Assembly: GCA_040400605.1 (NCBI GenBank)
Contig: JBBAPZ010000001.1
Span: 147,390-211,389, forward strand
Reading direction: 5' to 3'
Source: Candidatus Sericytochromatia bacterium
GTDB lineage: Bacteria; Cyanobacteriota; Sericytochromatia; S15B-MN24; JAQBPE01
DNA: 64,000 nt
Of this stretch, positions 47,135 to 57,758 are shown piece by piece. The number at the start of each line of letters is the position of its first letter. Positions within the stretch are counted from its first letter, which is position 1. The position numbers and the translations under genes are program-made. The notes beneath the pieces are model-generated. The model made no database searches and had not been told where the DNA came from. It worked only from the letters and a program-made list of their open reading frames with translations.

Positions 47135-48541
47135 ATGGCGGTGCGTCTTGATTATAACTATATGCTTTCGCGGATGATCGGGACGCAATCAGGGCTTGAT
47201 GAATCGGCGCTGGAGGCGTTGGGACCTGCGCTCGCCTTGGCCCATCACGCCATTGAAACCCGCACGGGTGACGGTTCGGAGTTTTTGGGTTTTCTTGACC
47301 TGCCCGAACAGGCCCCGAGCGAATTAGCGGCCATTCAAGCCTGTGCCGATCGCCTCGCAGCGCTGGCCGATACCCACGTCGTTCTCGGTATCGGCGGCTC
47401 CTACCTCGGTGCACGCGCCATTTTGGAGGCACTCTTTTCGCCCTATCGCAACGAACTGAGTCGCGCACAGCGTAACGGCCGCCCGCGCATCTATTTTGAG
47501 GGCAACAATCTCGACACAGACGTAATGCACGCATTACTTGAACGGCTGCCCACGCAGGGACCTGTTGGGATAGATGATGGCTTTACCCAAAATGTCATTT
47601 CCAAGTCGGGCGGGACCATTGAAACGGCGGTGGCATTTCGGTTGTTTCGACAACGCGCCGAACAGGTTTATGGTTCGGCGGTTCGGGATGTCATCGTCGC
47701 CACCACAGATGCGCAACTTGGTAATTTGAAACGTCTCAGCGATCGTGCCGGTTATGAGACCTTTGTGATTCCAGACAATGTGGGGGGGCGATTCTCGATC
47801 CTCACACCGGTCGGTTTGCTTCCTGCGGCGATTGCGGGCGTTGACATCCGGGCGTTGGTCGCCGGTGCCCACGCAATGGCCATTCGTTGTCGCAGCAACA
47901 AAATGTTTGAGAATCCCGCTTATATGTACGCTGCGTTGATGCATCTTTCTTACCAGCGTGGGCGCAACGTGTCCTTGATGGCTTCTTGGAGCAAGCGTCT
48001 GGAATACGTGGGTTTTTGGTACGACCAACTGTGCGCCGAAAGTCTCGGCAAGGCCGAGGGCGGGCGCATACCCATTGCATCGGTCAATTCCCGGGATCTT
48101 CATGCCCGGGGGCAACAAATCCAGGAGGGACCGCGCAATACCGTTGTGACAAACCTGGTGGTTGAACGCAGCGCGCATGCCATCACTGTTCCCGATGATC
48201 GTGACGACCTTGATGGGCTCAACTATTTGACGGGATGGAGCCTCGATCAGATGCAGACGGGCGCAATGGAGGGAACACGTTTTGCCTACGCCAAAGACGG
48301 GCGACCCAGCATCAATTTGATCCTGCCTGAAATCAATGCCTATACGCTTGGCCAACTGTTTTATCTGCTGGAAGTGGCTACCCTGACGGAAGGTTATCTG
48401 CAAGGCATCAACCCGTTGGATCAACCCGGCGTCGAAGCGTACAAAAAATTCATGTTCGGCAATCTCGGTCGTCCAGATATGGCCAATTATAAAGCGGAGT
48501 TCGACGCTAGACCCCAAGGGCTCGCCCACAGCGTTGTATAA
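47135..48541 (+). CDS. pgi: Glucose-6-phosphate isomerase
   Basis: GIGGSYLG, ISKSGGTIE, VGGRFS, QLCAESLGK, NPLDQPGVEAYK. Confidence 0.93.
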   Translation: MAVRLDYNYMLSRMIGTQSGLDESALEALGPALALAHHAIETRTGDGSEFLGFLDLPEQAPSELAAIQACADRLAALADTHVVLGIGGSYLGARAILEALFSPYRNELSRAQRNGRPRIYFEGNNLDTDVMHALLERLPTQGPVGIDDGFTQNVISKSGGTIETAVAFRLFRQRAEQVYGSAVRDVIVATTDAQLGNLKRLSDRAGYETFVIPDNVGGRFSILTPVGLLPAAIAGVDIRALVAGAHAMAIRCRSNKMFENPAYMYAALMHLSYQRGRNVSLMASWSKRLEYVGFWYDQLCAESLGKAEGGRIPIASVNSRDLHARGQQIQEGPRNTVVTNLVVERSAHAITVPDDRDDLDGLNYLTGWSLDQMQTGAMEGTRFAYAKDGRPSINLILPEINAYTLGQLFYLLEVATLTEGYLQGINPLDQPGVEAYKKFMFGNLGRPDMANYKAEFDARPQGLAHSVV

Positions 48542-49011
48542 GTGATCGTCGTTGAATCACCGCTTGACGCGGCCGCACATGATGACAAAGGCGTTTTTTG
48601 GGAACTCCCATCTTGTTTTTGTGTGCTTGTTGTTTCAAACGGGTTTGAATTGCGCGCGACACAAGCGCATGCGTTGCTGCATCGCTGCCAGTCCTTTTTG
48701 CCTGTGTTTGGGAGCCGGCGATCGATTGTTTCCGGTAGGTGGCGCGCCCCAGCTGCTTGCAGAGGTCGCGGTGGGGACGCGGGTTACCCCGCGCCCCCCG
48801 CACAGATCCCAGCGGGCGCTGCTATCGCACTGGGCCCCTACCGCGGGTTTTGGCGTCAAACCTCGCTGTCGGCCATTGGTTGAGAATCTTTGGTGTCGGC
48901 AGAGTGCAAAACGAACCGTCATGCCGTGGGCGGCCACGCCGAACCTTGGTTACCAGTCCTCAAGCCTTGGGTGACCTGATTAAAACCTGCAGTCATTCAA
49001 GGATTGGTGCG

Positions 49012-49914
49012 CTAGGAGCCGATCCACTCAGACAATGTGAGCCTGCCGGATTGCAGATCCGTCGAGCCGAGTTTGATGGAGCCGCCCCGAGCTGTAACCC
49101 GGAGGGCCTTGTACCAATAGCGCCCATCGTTTCGCTGACAGGCCACATACCAAACGCCAGGCGGGAGGTCGAAGTTGGCCACGCCATTCTCGTCGGTGAC
49201 ACTTTGAACAAAGCCTACATGAGGCTGCCCACCCTGACGCACCACCGCCTGTTGCAATGCCTCGTTGCGTCTGCCAAGCCATGCAGCCAAACGCACCTGA
49301 TACTCAACATCGCCACTGCTGCCGAGCCCCTGGTTTTCATTGTAACCATCAATGATGCGATTCAGCGCCTCCGTGACGTGCGCACACCAGATCTGACGCC
49401 CATTCATTTTGGAGAAAATGGCGCCAATCCCCAAATCGTCAGGCCGATCACCATATTTTTTGAACACCTCGTCAAACGCGGGCATCAACGTGGCCAATAC
49501 CTCAGGCTCAGCGGCGTGAGCAATCCGAAAGCCCTCTCGAAATCGTTCCAGCTCAAACGAATGCACCAGACTGAAACTGCGCCAACTGGCAATCCGCGGC
49601 ACAGGTGTCAGATTGGTCTGTTTGCTGTCAGGTTCCGGCCTCGATGCACTCAAACTTGCCATCACCAGCGGAAAGAGGCGTTTGACATCATAAGAAAACG
49701 CCACAACATCCTCGCCCTCATCCAATGCCCCTTGGGCATCGCCGAAGCTGATGGCAACCGGCGCGGCGCACGCAGTCACGGACCAAAACAGGCACCCCAG
49801 CACAACCGCGCCCGGGACGACCAGTTTGACGCCAAGCCGCTTGACACATCGGATGACAGACATGCTGCGCAGTGTAACCCGGGATTTCATCTGCTGACTG
49901 TGACCAATGGCCAT
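49012..49914 (-). CDS. Hypothetical secreted protein with C-terminal carboxypeptidase-regulatory-like domain
   Basis: Signal-like hydrophobic segment; VTDENGVANFDLPPGVWYV motif. Confidence 0.6.
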   Translation of the reverse strand: MAIGHSQQMKSRVTLRSMSVIRCVKRLGVKLVVPGAVVLGCLFWSVTACAAPVAISFGDAQGALDEGEDVVAFSYDVKRLFPLVMASLSASRPEPDSKQTNLTPVPRIASWRSFSLVHSFELERFREGFRIAHAAEPEVLATLMPAFDEVFKKYGDRPDDLGIGAIFSKMNGRQIWCAHVTEALNRIIDGYNENQGLGSSGDVEYQVRLAAWLGRRNEALQQAVVRQGGQPHVGFVQSVTDENGVANFDLPPGVWYVACQRNDGRYWYKALRVTARGGSIKLGSTDLQSGRLTLSEWIGS

Positions 49915-49979
49915 CGCTCCCCTATGCGGATTCCATATTATGTTAAAATCCTTTTCAGGGCAATTTCGAAAGGGCGACC

Positions 49980-50213
49980 ATGCTGGTTGAAACGCGCGAT
50001 TTACTGACTCCTCATCACGCGGCGGCCTTGTTAAATAACACGCTTCGTGAATTCGTCAGCCTGGTCGATGCTGGGGTCTTGCAGCCCTTTGTGGAGATCG
50101 ACGGTTTGCGTTTTTATCACCGAAACGAAGTGTTGGCTCGTAAACGGTTTCAAGACACGTTAGCGGGACGGGCACCTCGCTGTACGGTACCCAAAACCCA
50201 AGAATTATTTTGA
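49980..50213 (+). CDS. Small excisionase/MerR-like HTH protein
   Basis: LLT...AA.LL.......LV..G.L.P.......RFY.R.EV pattern. Confidence 0.6.
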   Translation: MLVETRDLLTPHHAAALLNNTLREFVSLVDAGVLQPFVEIDGLRFYHRNEVLARKRFQDTLAGRAPRCTVPKTQELF

Positions 50214-50220
50214 TGGCTCA

Positions 50221-50685
50221 ATGGAACACGGTGAATCGTGGGTACAATGCGTGGGACTGATTGTCACGCTGTTGCGGTTGCACGCGCTTGAACACAAGGG
50301 GGAGCCACTTTTGCCTCAGCCTTTTCCCAATTCGCCGTTTGATCATTTGGCGCAGTTTTGGATGCAACGGGCGCGCGAGGTAGGCGTGACAGAGCAGCAA
50401 GTGTTACAGCTGTTGGGTTTTAAGGGGGGAGTCGGGCCGCTTGAAACCTTGTTGTCCGGTCGACCCGCCAGCGAAACCTTGCCTGAAATTGCCCAAGGGA
50501 TTGTTGAAGGCACCGGAGAGGTAATCAAAGCAACGCGAGGGCAGGTTGAAGCGGCGTTGCCGGTCGTCATTCCAGAAGAGCATAAAACGATTGTCAAGAA
50601 GTTACACATGCTGGATGGTGAGGGATTGAGGCAATTGGATGTCTACCTCAATTTTTTGATCGCGCAGGGTATGGTGAAGCGCTGA
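50221..50685 (+). CDS. Hypothetical protein, possible regulator
   Basis: 154-aa ORF starting 7 nt after the HTH gene. Confidence 0.5.
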   Translation: MEHGESWVQCVGLIVTLLRLHALEHKGEPLLPQPFPNSPFDHLAQFWMQRAREVGVTEQQVLQLLGFKGGVGPLETLLSGRPASETLPEIAQGIVEGTGEVIKATRGQVEAALPVVIPEEHKTIVKKLHMLDGEGLRQLDVYLNFLIAQGMVKR

Positions 50686-50757
50686 CAGTTGTTTGAGCGC
50701 AGGGGGAGGTTAAAGGGCATTGACCACTGATAACGTCGCATATCCAACGGGGTTGCA

Positions 50758-51489
50758 ATGATGATTACGTTCAGGAATGTGAGCAAGCGTTATGGTTCGC
50801 ACCAGGTGCTTCGCGAGATCAACTGTCAGATTGATGAAGGTCAGAAGGTGGTGTTGATTGGCCCGAGCGGTTCGGGCAAAAGTACGTTGTTGCGATGTAT
50901 CAATCAGTTGGAAACCATTTCAAGTGGGCAGATTATCGTTGACGGGTACGATATGGGGGATCCCCAAACCCAGATTGGTCGTTTACGTTCCGAGATCGGG
51001 ATGGTGTTTCAGGGTTTCAATCTCTTTCCGCATAAAACCGTCCTTGACAATGTCACGTTGGCACCGATTCAGGTTCGCAAGATGTCGCAGGCCTCAGCCG
51101 CGTTAGTGGGAATTGAGTTGTTGGAGCGGGTGGGGCTCGCTCACAAGGCGCACGTTTACCCGTCGCAGTTGTCGGGCGGTCAGCAGCAGCGTGTGGCGAT
51201 CGCCCGGGCGCTTGCGATGCGGCCCCGCATCATGTTGTTTGATGAACCGACTTCGGCACTTGATCCGGAAATGGTTAATGAAGTCTTGCAGGTGATGGCC
51301 GAACTGGCTCATACAGGGATGACCATGGTCGTTGTGACCCACGAAATGGGCTTTGCGAGAAACGTGGCGGATCGATTGTTATTCATGGACGGTGGCACCT
51401 TGGTCGAAGACCGTCAGCCGGAGGCATTTTTCAGTGACCCTGAAACGGATCGGGCGCGGCAGTTTCTGAGCAAGGTCCTGTCACACTGA
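50758..51489 (+). CDS. Polar amino acid ABC transporter ATP-binding protein (GlnQ family)
   Basis: [35 protein letters not shown]. Confidence 0.95.
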   Translation: MMITFRNVSKRYGSHQVLREINCQIDEGQKVVLIGPSGSGKSTLLRCINQLETISSGQIIVDGYDMGDPQTQIGRLRSEIGMVFQGFNLFPHKTVLDNVTLAPIQVRKMSQASAALVGIELLERVGLAHKAHVYPSQLSGGQQQRVAIARALAMRPRIMLFDEPTSALDPEMVNEVLQVMAELAHTGMTMVVVTHEMGFARNVADRLLFMDGGTLVEDRQPEAFFSDPETDRARQFLSKVLSH

Positions 51490-51508
51490 GGAATCCGGCG
51501 GTGCCCCG

Positions 51509-52081
51509 TCAGCACGGTTCATCGCGCAAACCCAGTGCGCCAAACACCTTTGTCCACCGCACACAACGCTCGGTTTGGCACGTGCTTGGTTTGGTGCATG
51601 TACAGGCGTGAATCAAAGGTGCCTCAAGTGCCAGCGCCAGTCTGGCAATGGCTTGATCACTCGCGCGCCAGAAGGGGCGCTCCAGTGCCTGAAAACCCCA
51701 CGCGGCCAACAACTGATTGGTGGCGGTAATTCGCGCGACGTGAGCAGGTTGGGTCAGGTCACGCCGCACAGGTAAACACAAGCCGTACGCACCATGCTCG
51801 GCTGCAGCCGTGATCAAAGCCAGCAAAGCGGGCAAAACCAAGGGATCGTCCTGGGCTGCAATGGTGTGGTGCTGACAACCAAAATGGGCCAGCAGTGCGT
51901 CCACGGCCTGTGCCCTTGCCGGATGCCAAGACACCCGAGACGGCACAACAGCCAACCACTCCCGTTCAAGCCTGGTGAACCACGTGGCCAAAACACATGC
52001 TTCGAGGCTTCCATCCAACCACAGGGCGATCCGCCCACCACCCTCAGGCGCCTTGGCTGAAGAGGCGTCCATTCGCATCAA
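51509..52081 (-). CDS. Degenerate QueC-like (PP-loop) protein
   Basis: IALWLDGSLEA aligns with the QueC SGGxDS loop; C-terminal C-x-C...C...C-VR Zn-like motif; overlaps the purA stop. Confidence 0.5.
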   Translation of the reverse strand: MMRMDASSAKAPEGGGRIALWLDGSLEACVLATWFTRLEREWLAVVPSRVSWHPARAQAVDALLAHFGCQHHTIAAQDDPLVLPALLALITAAAEHGAYGLCLPVRRDLTQPAHVARITATNQLLAAWGFQALERPFWRASDQAIARLALALEAPLIHACTCTKPSTCQTERCVRWTKVFGALGLRDEPC

Positions 52082-53397
52082 ACGGCTTGCAACTGGCGCC
52101 GCGGACCATCCAACAACCGCTCAAGGATAATGGTCTGGTCTCGCTCAGGTCCCACCGCAACCATCGCCAACGGTGCTCCCACCAATGCAGCAAGCCGTTC
52201 AAGATACCGTTGGGCTTGGATCGGCAACTCGTCATAGTGACGACAGTGACGGGTACTGGCTTGCCAACCGGGTATCTCCTCATAAATGGGCTCTGCTTGC
52301 GCAAGCTCAGTCAGTGTCGCTGGAAACTCATCCAGCACCCGCCCATCAATACGGTAACCGACACAGATGCGCAAGCTTTCAAAACCATCCAGCACATCCA
52401 ACTTGGTTACAGCGATGCTATCCAAACCGTTCAAACGGGTCGCGAGACGCCCAACGACAGCATCAAACCATCCACAGCGCCTCGCGCGCCCGGTGGTGGT
52501 GCCAAATTCCTGACCGTTACGCCGTAATTGCTCTCCGGTTTCATCCGACAACTCCGTCGGAAATGGTCCCGCGCCCACCCGCGTGGTATACGCTTTGACA
52601 ACACCCAAAACCCGGTCGATCGCATTAGGGCCCACGCCAGCGCCGATACACGCGCCACCGGCAATGGGGTGCGACGAGGTAACAAAGGGATAACTGCCAA
52701 AGTCAATATCAAGCAAAGTGCCTTGAGCGCCCTCGAACAAAATTGGCTCATCACGCGTAATAGCACCGTGCAAAAGCGAAACGGTATCCTTGATATAAGG
52801 CGTAAGTGCATCGGCATAAGCCATGTATTGGTCATAAACCTGGTTCACATCCAGCGGCGCACAATCATAAATACGGGTCAGAATCAGGTTTTTTGTTTCC
52901 ATAATGTCTTCAAGACGCGTTTTAAAGCCCATGGGATCCCGCAAGTCGCCAACGCGAAGTCCGGAACGATTGGCCTTGTCGGTATAGGTTGGTCCGATGC
53001 CACGCCCCGTGGTTCCGAGGGCACTTCCCCCGCGACGTCGCTCTTCAGACTCATCAATGATGCGATGATAGGGCATCGTGAGGTGGGCACCAGATGAAAG
53101 ATGGAGACGGCCAAGGTCAATGCCCTTGTTTTTGAGCATCGTCAATTCGTCCAACAATCGTGCAGGATCGATCACCGTTCCCGAACCAATGACGCACGCC
53201 ACTTCTGGATACAGGATACCTGACGGCACCAGATGCAACTTGTATGTTTCACCATCGACAATCACCGTGTGCCCGGCATTGGCCCCGCCTTGATAACGCA
53301 CGACCCACCGCGCCTGACTTGCCAGCCAATCCGTTATCTTGCCTTTACCTTCATCGCCCCACTGGGCCCCGACCACCACCACGTTGGCCACGATCAC
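52078..53397 (-). CDS. purA: Adenylosuccinate synthetase
   Basis: QWGDEGKGK, GGANAGHT, GIGPTY, EFGTTTGRARRCGWFD. Confidence 0.97.
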   Translation of the reverse strand: MIVANVVVVGAQWGDEGKGKITDWLASQARWVVRYQGGANAGHTVIVDGETYKLHLVPSGILYPEVACVIGSGTVIDPARLLDELTMLKNKGIDLGRLHLSSGAHLTMPYHRIIDESEERRRGGSALGTTGRGIGPTYTDKANRSGLRVGDLRDPMGFKTRLEDIMETKNLILTRIYDCAPLDVNQVYDQYMAYADALTPYIKDTVSLLHGAITRDEPILFEGAQGTLLDIDFGSYPFVTSSHPIAGGACIGAGVGPNAIDRVLGVVKAYTTRVGAGPFPTELSDETGEQLRRNGQEFGTTTGRARRCGWFDAVVGRLATRLNGLDSIAVTKLDVLDGFESLRICVGYRIDGRVLDEFPATLTELAQAEPIYEEIPGWQASTRHCRHYDELPIQAQRYLERLAALVGAPLAMVAVGPERDQTIILERLLDGPRRQLQAV

Positions 53398-53516
53398 ACT
53401 CCTGTCACTGCTTCATCATTGCTTAAACCCTACAGTATGCCAGAGCCCACACACCCTAACAAGGCCAGTTCCTTTGTAGGGCCTGTGTCTGGCCCGCACT
53501 ACCATGGCATCCACCA

Positions 53517-55073
53517 GTGTACAGGACCGGTAGGGCCGTAACCCTTCAAACACGGCTTGCATCGGTGCGGGGGCTGCCAGGGAGCGCAATGATGGATGAA
53601 CTGTGTGCCTATGTTCGTGCGTTGGATCGTATCATCGCCGACAGCCGCCTCGGTGACCACCATACGGCAACACGGTTGATGCTGAGCTTGCCAAAGCCTG
53701 CCGCGAGCCTTCTGGATGGACAACGCCTGCTGGATCGCAAGCGTAACGAATTATTCGAACACTGCCAGCAACTGCGACAACAATGGCTGCACTTGCCTGC
53801 AAACGATGCGTCGCGCCTGCTTGAAGCATTCGGCGAACTCGCCCGACACGCGCGTGCCGATACGATTCGAGCGTGTCGACAAGAAGGGTCAAACATTAAT
53901 GGCCAAATGATTCAACCCATGATTTTCAAGACCGCCGACTGGATTGACAACACCCGGGCGATCGCCGCACACGAAGGCCCCTTCGACAGTTTACACTGTC
54001 ACAATGTTTCAGATGGCAGCACCGCCTGCCTGCACCTCGCCTCGGCTTGGCTATACCTGCGGGCACCGCAACCCTGCATGCTCGGATTTCAAAGAATCCT
54101 GGACGACGCCGAACTGGGAACACCCTTGTCTGTGCGCATTCAACCGGATTATACGCGGCTCTGTCTTGAAGGCGGTGTGATGCCACTCAGGCTGACTTTG
54201 CGCAACCAATCCGAAGACGTCCTGCTCCTTTCCGGACTGGACTGTGCGCCATTGTCCACCCCGCCGGAGAGTTGGATACGGCACATTCACGGTCAAGTTG
54301 TGCATGCTTTGGAACCCCACAACCTCACCATCCAAGTGGACAACGCCTCAGGCACTCCGATCATGCTCCATTTGGCCACACTCCGTCCTCGACAGGAACG
54401 CAGCTTATTGTTGCAAGTCCGCTTCCACTGCAGTGGCGACCATTGGCGTCAGTTTGGCATTGAGTACATTCGCCTCAGCCTGACAGACTTTCAGAGCAAA
54501 GCATTCATTCAATGGCCGCCTGGCGAATCTTTTTACTGTGCTGGCCTGCGTTTTCGCCGTGCCCAAGAAAGTGAACCCGCTGCCGCACTTAACGCACCCG
54601 CAGTCTACCTGCCGCACGCAAAGGCCGAGGTCACTCGGACACAACGCTTCGCGTACCCGTTTTATGTTTTGCGTGGCCCGTTTCCGCTGGAACGTGCACA
54701 CGCCATCGCAGGACCGTCCAGCGAGTTTTTGTATTATTCTCAATGGCAAAATGCCTGGATAGCGCGCATCAAGGGGGTCGTGACAATCGTCACGGAGGAA
54801 CGATGTATGCCATGTCCAAGCATCGATTCTGCCGTTTTTGAGTTTGTCGACGCCCACCAATTGGCCATACCCGTGCTGATTACCCCGCAGAGCCTTGCCC
54901 GCATCAACCAGGAAACATCCTTGGCCCTTCAACCGTCACCGTATGCCTGGGAGCACGTACACAGTCTGAGCCGCGCGACCCTCGCAGCCGTGCTCAACTG
55001 GGCGATCGCCCAGAATTGCCCCGTGCGTGTCGACAAACCCTCGCTCAACCGCTCGGCCTTGCTGCTGGGTTAG
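53517..55073 (+). CDS. Hypothetical protein (start possibly ATG near 53589)
   Basis: 518-aa ORF with no competing long ORF; no motif recognised. Confidence 0.6.
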   Translation: MYRTGRAVTLQTRLASVRGLPGSAMMDELCAYVRALDRIIADSRLGDHHTATRLMLSLPKPAASLLDGQRLLDRKRNELFEHCQQLRQQWLHLPANDASRLLEAFGELARHARADTIRACRQEGSNINGQMIQPMIFKTADWIDNTRAIAAHEGPFDSLHCHNVSDGSTACLHLASAWLYLRAPQPCMLGFQRILDDAELGTPLSVRIQPDYTRLCLEGGVMPLRLTLRNQSEDVLLLSGLDCAPLSTPPESWIRHIHGQVVHALEPHNLTIQVDNASGTPIMLHLATLRPRQERSLLLQVRFHCSGDHWRQFGIEYIRLSLTDFQSKAFIQWPPGESFYCAGLRFRRAQESEPAAALNAPAVYLPHAKAEVTRTQRFAYPFYVLRGPFPLERAHAIAGPSSEFLYYSQWQNAWIARIKGVVTIVTEERCMPCPSIDSAVFEFVDAHQLAIPVLITPQSLARINQETSLALQPSPYAWEHVHSLSRATLAAVLNWAIAQNCPVRVDKPSLNRSALLLG

Positions 55074-55076
55074 CAC

Positions 55077-55532
55077 TCACCACGCCTTCCTGCGCAAACT
55101 TTCCTCAAAAAATGCGTGCGCATCAAGCAATCCAGCGTGCTCTGGCACCTCGGGCAACCCGGGCGAAAGACGCAATGCCACCTGACGTAAAACATAATGT
55201 GTCGAATGACGTAAAATCTCGGGTAATTCCGCTTGTTTCAGAAACTGATGCTCCCGCATCGACAGAATGTGGATATGTTCCATCAAAATGACCAATGCCT
55301 CATCAATGCTTGCCTGGGCTTGCTGTAACGCCGACAGACGCTCAGCAGGGTCAGGTGCCAGCAAAACAAAATAACGCGCCTGGATCACCTCCAGCAGATG
55401 AAGTGAATGTCTGTGTCCGGAATGGTCTTCAAGGAGAATGCGCCGCTTCAAACCAAGCAACCATAACCTCCCCTCTTTTCCCACAAGCAAACCGACCCTG
55501 ATTGGGAAAGAAAAACCACCCCTGACTGTCAT
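55077..55532 (-). CDS. Hypothetical protein
   Basis: ATG at 55532 avoids overlap with the ABC-F gene; helical C-terminus. Confidence 0.5.
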   Translation of the reverse strand: MTVRGGFSFPIRVGLLVGKEGRLWLLGLKRRILLEDHSGHRHSLHLLEVIQARYFVLLAPDPAERLSALQQAQASIDEALVILMEHIHILSMREHQFLKQAELPEILRHSTHYVLRQVALRLSPGLPEVPEHAGLLDAHAFFEESLRRKAW

Positions 55533-55662
55533 ACCCGCCAAGCGCCCCTTTTTACCCAAAACATGGCGACGGGTATCGCTACGCCAATGCGTTGAACTGT
55601 CGCATTCACTGCTCACGCTGTCATCGCGTGCACCAAGGCCAAACGACGCATCGTCGAACGAT

Positions 55663-57588
55663 TCAAACCAGGGCTTCCAGTTCTTCCCACCGGGCGTAGC
55701 GCCCGTCAATACACGCGCGTAGACGTTCGGCCTCTTGCATTAAAGGAGCCACTTGACTCACCGCATCGACATACAGGCGGGGATCCGCAAGCTGTGATTC
55801 AATCGCCTGCAAAGCCGCTTCATCATCCGCCAACAATTGTTCGATGGCTTCCAGTTCGCGCTTCTCTTTGTAACTCAAGCGGCGTGGCGTGACCTGTACC
55901 GGGTCTTTATCCTCACCTTTCCCCACCTGCGCCAGGGGCACTGTCCCCGTATTGGTGTCACGTTCACGCGACGCCAGGTAGCTGTCATAATTTCCCGGAT
56001 GCAACACGACTTGTCCGTCACCTTCAAACGCCAGTATCCAGGTCGCCACCCGATTTAAAAAATAACGATCATGGCTCACCGCAAACACGCAGCCAGGAAA
56101 AGTCAACAAAGCCTCTTCCAAGACGCGCAAGGTTGGCAAGTCCAAGTCGTTGGTCGGCTCATCCAAGATCAGGACATTCCCACCCCGTGCGAGCAGTTTG
56201 GCCAATTGCGCCCGATTCTGTTCCCCACCCGAAAATCGGGACAAGACCTGATTGGCTTGGTCATCATCAAACAAAAAGCGCTTCAGGTACGTGCGTGCCG
56301 TGATAGTTTGGCCATCCACGGTCAAATAGAGGCCATCACCCACCACTTCAGACAGCAAGGTTTTGGTGCAGTCCAGTTGTTCGCGACCCTGTTCGGCATA
56401 GACAAATCGGGTGTTAGCCCCGATGGTCACCTCACCCGCGTCAGGTTGGATCAGACCCTGCACGATGCGCATGAGGGTTGTTTTACCCAAACCGTTGGCG
56501 CCCACCACCCCGATGCGATCACCCGCGCTCAGACTCAGACTCAGGCCTTTAAACAAGGTCCGGCCCGCAATCGCATGCCCGACATTCTTCAATTCAAGAA
56601 TCTGTTTCCCCAGCCTGAATTCGCCTGTGGGAATCCGCAGTTCCACGTCATCCAACACAAGCGGACCCGCCTCGGCAGCCAACGCCTCATACGCCGCTTC
56701 GCGCGCCTGACTCTTCGCTTGGCGCGCTTTGGGCTGCTTGCGCACCCACGCAAGCTCCCGCCTCAGCAAATTTTGCCGCGCCCGCTCGCGGTGCGCATCG
56801 GCTGCCTGCCGCGCCATTTTCGCTTCCAGATAGGCGGAGTAATTCCCCGCGTAACCAGTCAGGCTGCCCGCCTCCAATTCAATAATCCGATCGGCAATGC
56901 GATCCAGGAAATACCGGTCATGCGTGACCAGCAAACAACTACCACCAAACCCGCGCAAATACGTCTCAAGCCAGGCAATACTCGCCGCATCCAGGTGGTT
57001 GGTTGGTTCATCCAGAATCAAACAGTCAGGTTTTGCAACCAAAGCCTGCGCCAGTGCTACCCGCCGGCGCTCACCGCCTGACAATCCAGCCACCAGGCGC
57101 TCGGGCGCAGGCACGCACAAGTGCTGCCGAATCATCTGCGCATCCCGCTCCAGATTCCAGGCGCCGTGCAACTCCAGCCATTCCGCAAGGGCGGTGTGCG
57201 CTTCGAGCAAAGCGGCATCATCACCGTTTGCCGCGAGGCGATCGCCCAACTCCACATACCGTTGCAGGGCCTCGCGCAACGGCGCGGCACCCGATAACAC
57301 CGCCTCCTCCACCGTGACACCTTCGTCCCAGTTGTGATCCTGACTCAGGTATGCCAGGCTCGCGCCCCTGCGAACAACCACCTGCCCCACATCGGGGCGC
57401 AATTGGCCGGCCAATGCCTTGAGCAGGGTACTTTTTCCCGCGCCGTTCACCCCAATCAGGCCCACGCATTCCCCACAGTGCACCGTCAACGACACACCGG
57501 CAAGGATTTCCCGCGCCGCGTAGCGATGATGCACGCCTTCGAGCGAGACCACGGGATCACCCGGCTTGGCCACAACAAACTCTGTCAC
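55663..57588 (-). CDS. ABC-F family ATPase (Uup-like)
   Basis: Two ABC domains (GVNGAGKST, LSGGE, LDEPTNHLD; GANGLGKT, LDEPTNDLD), C-terminal LSYKEKREL...RYARWEEL, no TM segments. Confidence 0.92.
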   Translation of the reverse strand: MTEFVVAKPGDPVVSLEGVHHRYAAREILAGVSLTVHCGECVGLIGVNGAGKSTLLKALAGQLRPDVGQVVVRRGASLAYLSQDHNWDEGVTVEEAVLSGAAPLREALQRYVELGDRLAANGDDAALLEAHTALAEWLELHGAWNLERDAQMIRQHLCVPAPERLVAGLSGGERRRVALAQALVAKPDCLILDEPTNHLDAASIAWLETYLRGFGGSCLLVTHDRYFLDRIADRIIELEAGSLTGYAGNYSAYLEAKMARQAADAHRERARQNLLRRELAWVRKQPKARQAKSQAREAAYEALAAEAGPLVLDDVELRIPTGEFRLGKQILELKNVGHAIAGRTLFKGLSLSLSAGDRIGVVGANGLGKTTLMRIVQGLIQPDAGEVTIGANTRFVYAEQGREQLDCTKTLLSEVVGDGLYLTVDGQTITARTYLKRFLFDDDQANQVLSRFSGGEQNRAQLAKLLARGGNVLILDEPTNDLDLPTLRVLEEALLTFPGCVFAVSHDRYFLNRVATWILAFEGDGQVVLHPGNYDSYLASRERDTNTGTVPLAQVGKGEDKDPVQVTPRRLSYKEKRELEAIEQLLADDEAALQAIESQLADPRLYVDAVSQVAPLMQEAERLRACIDGRYARWEELEALV

Positions 57589-57758
57589 CTTGATTACCCC
57601 AACGGTCTTCTAACCTTAACCAACCACACCCAAGGCCCAATTCCGGATCGTTCCGACCACTCAGCCATCCGGTCGCTGCAATGCCAAACGCACGCCTTAA
57701 GGGCGAACAGACACGCATTCAAACGGGCAGCCACCCTGCTCAAGCAACCTATCTCCGC

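Noticed and set aside
48739..50007. 422-aa plus-strand ORF
   Set aside because: Antisense shadow of the more protein-like minus-strand gene 49012-49914
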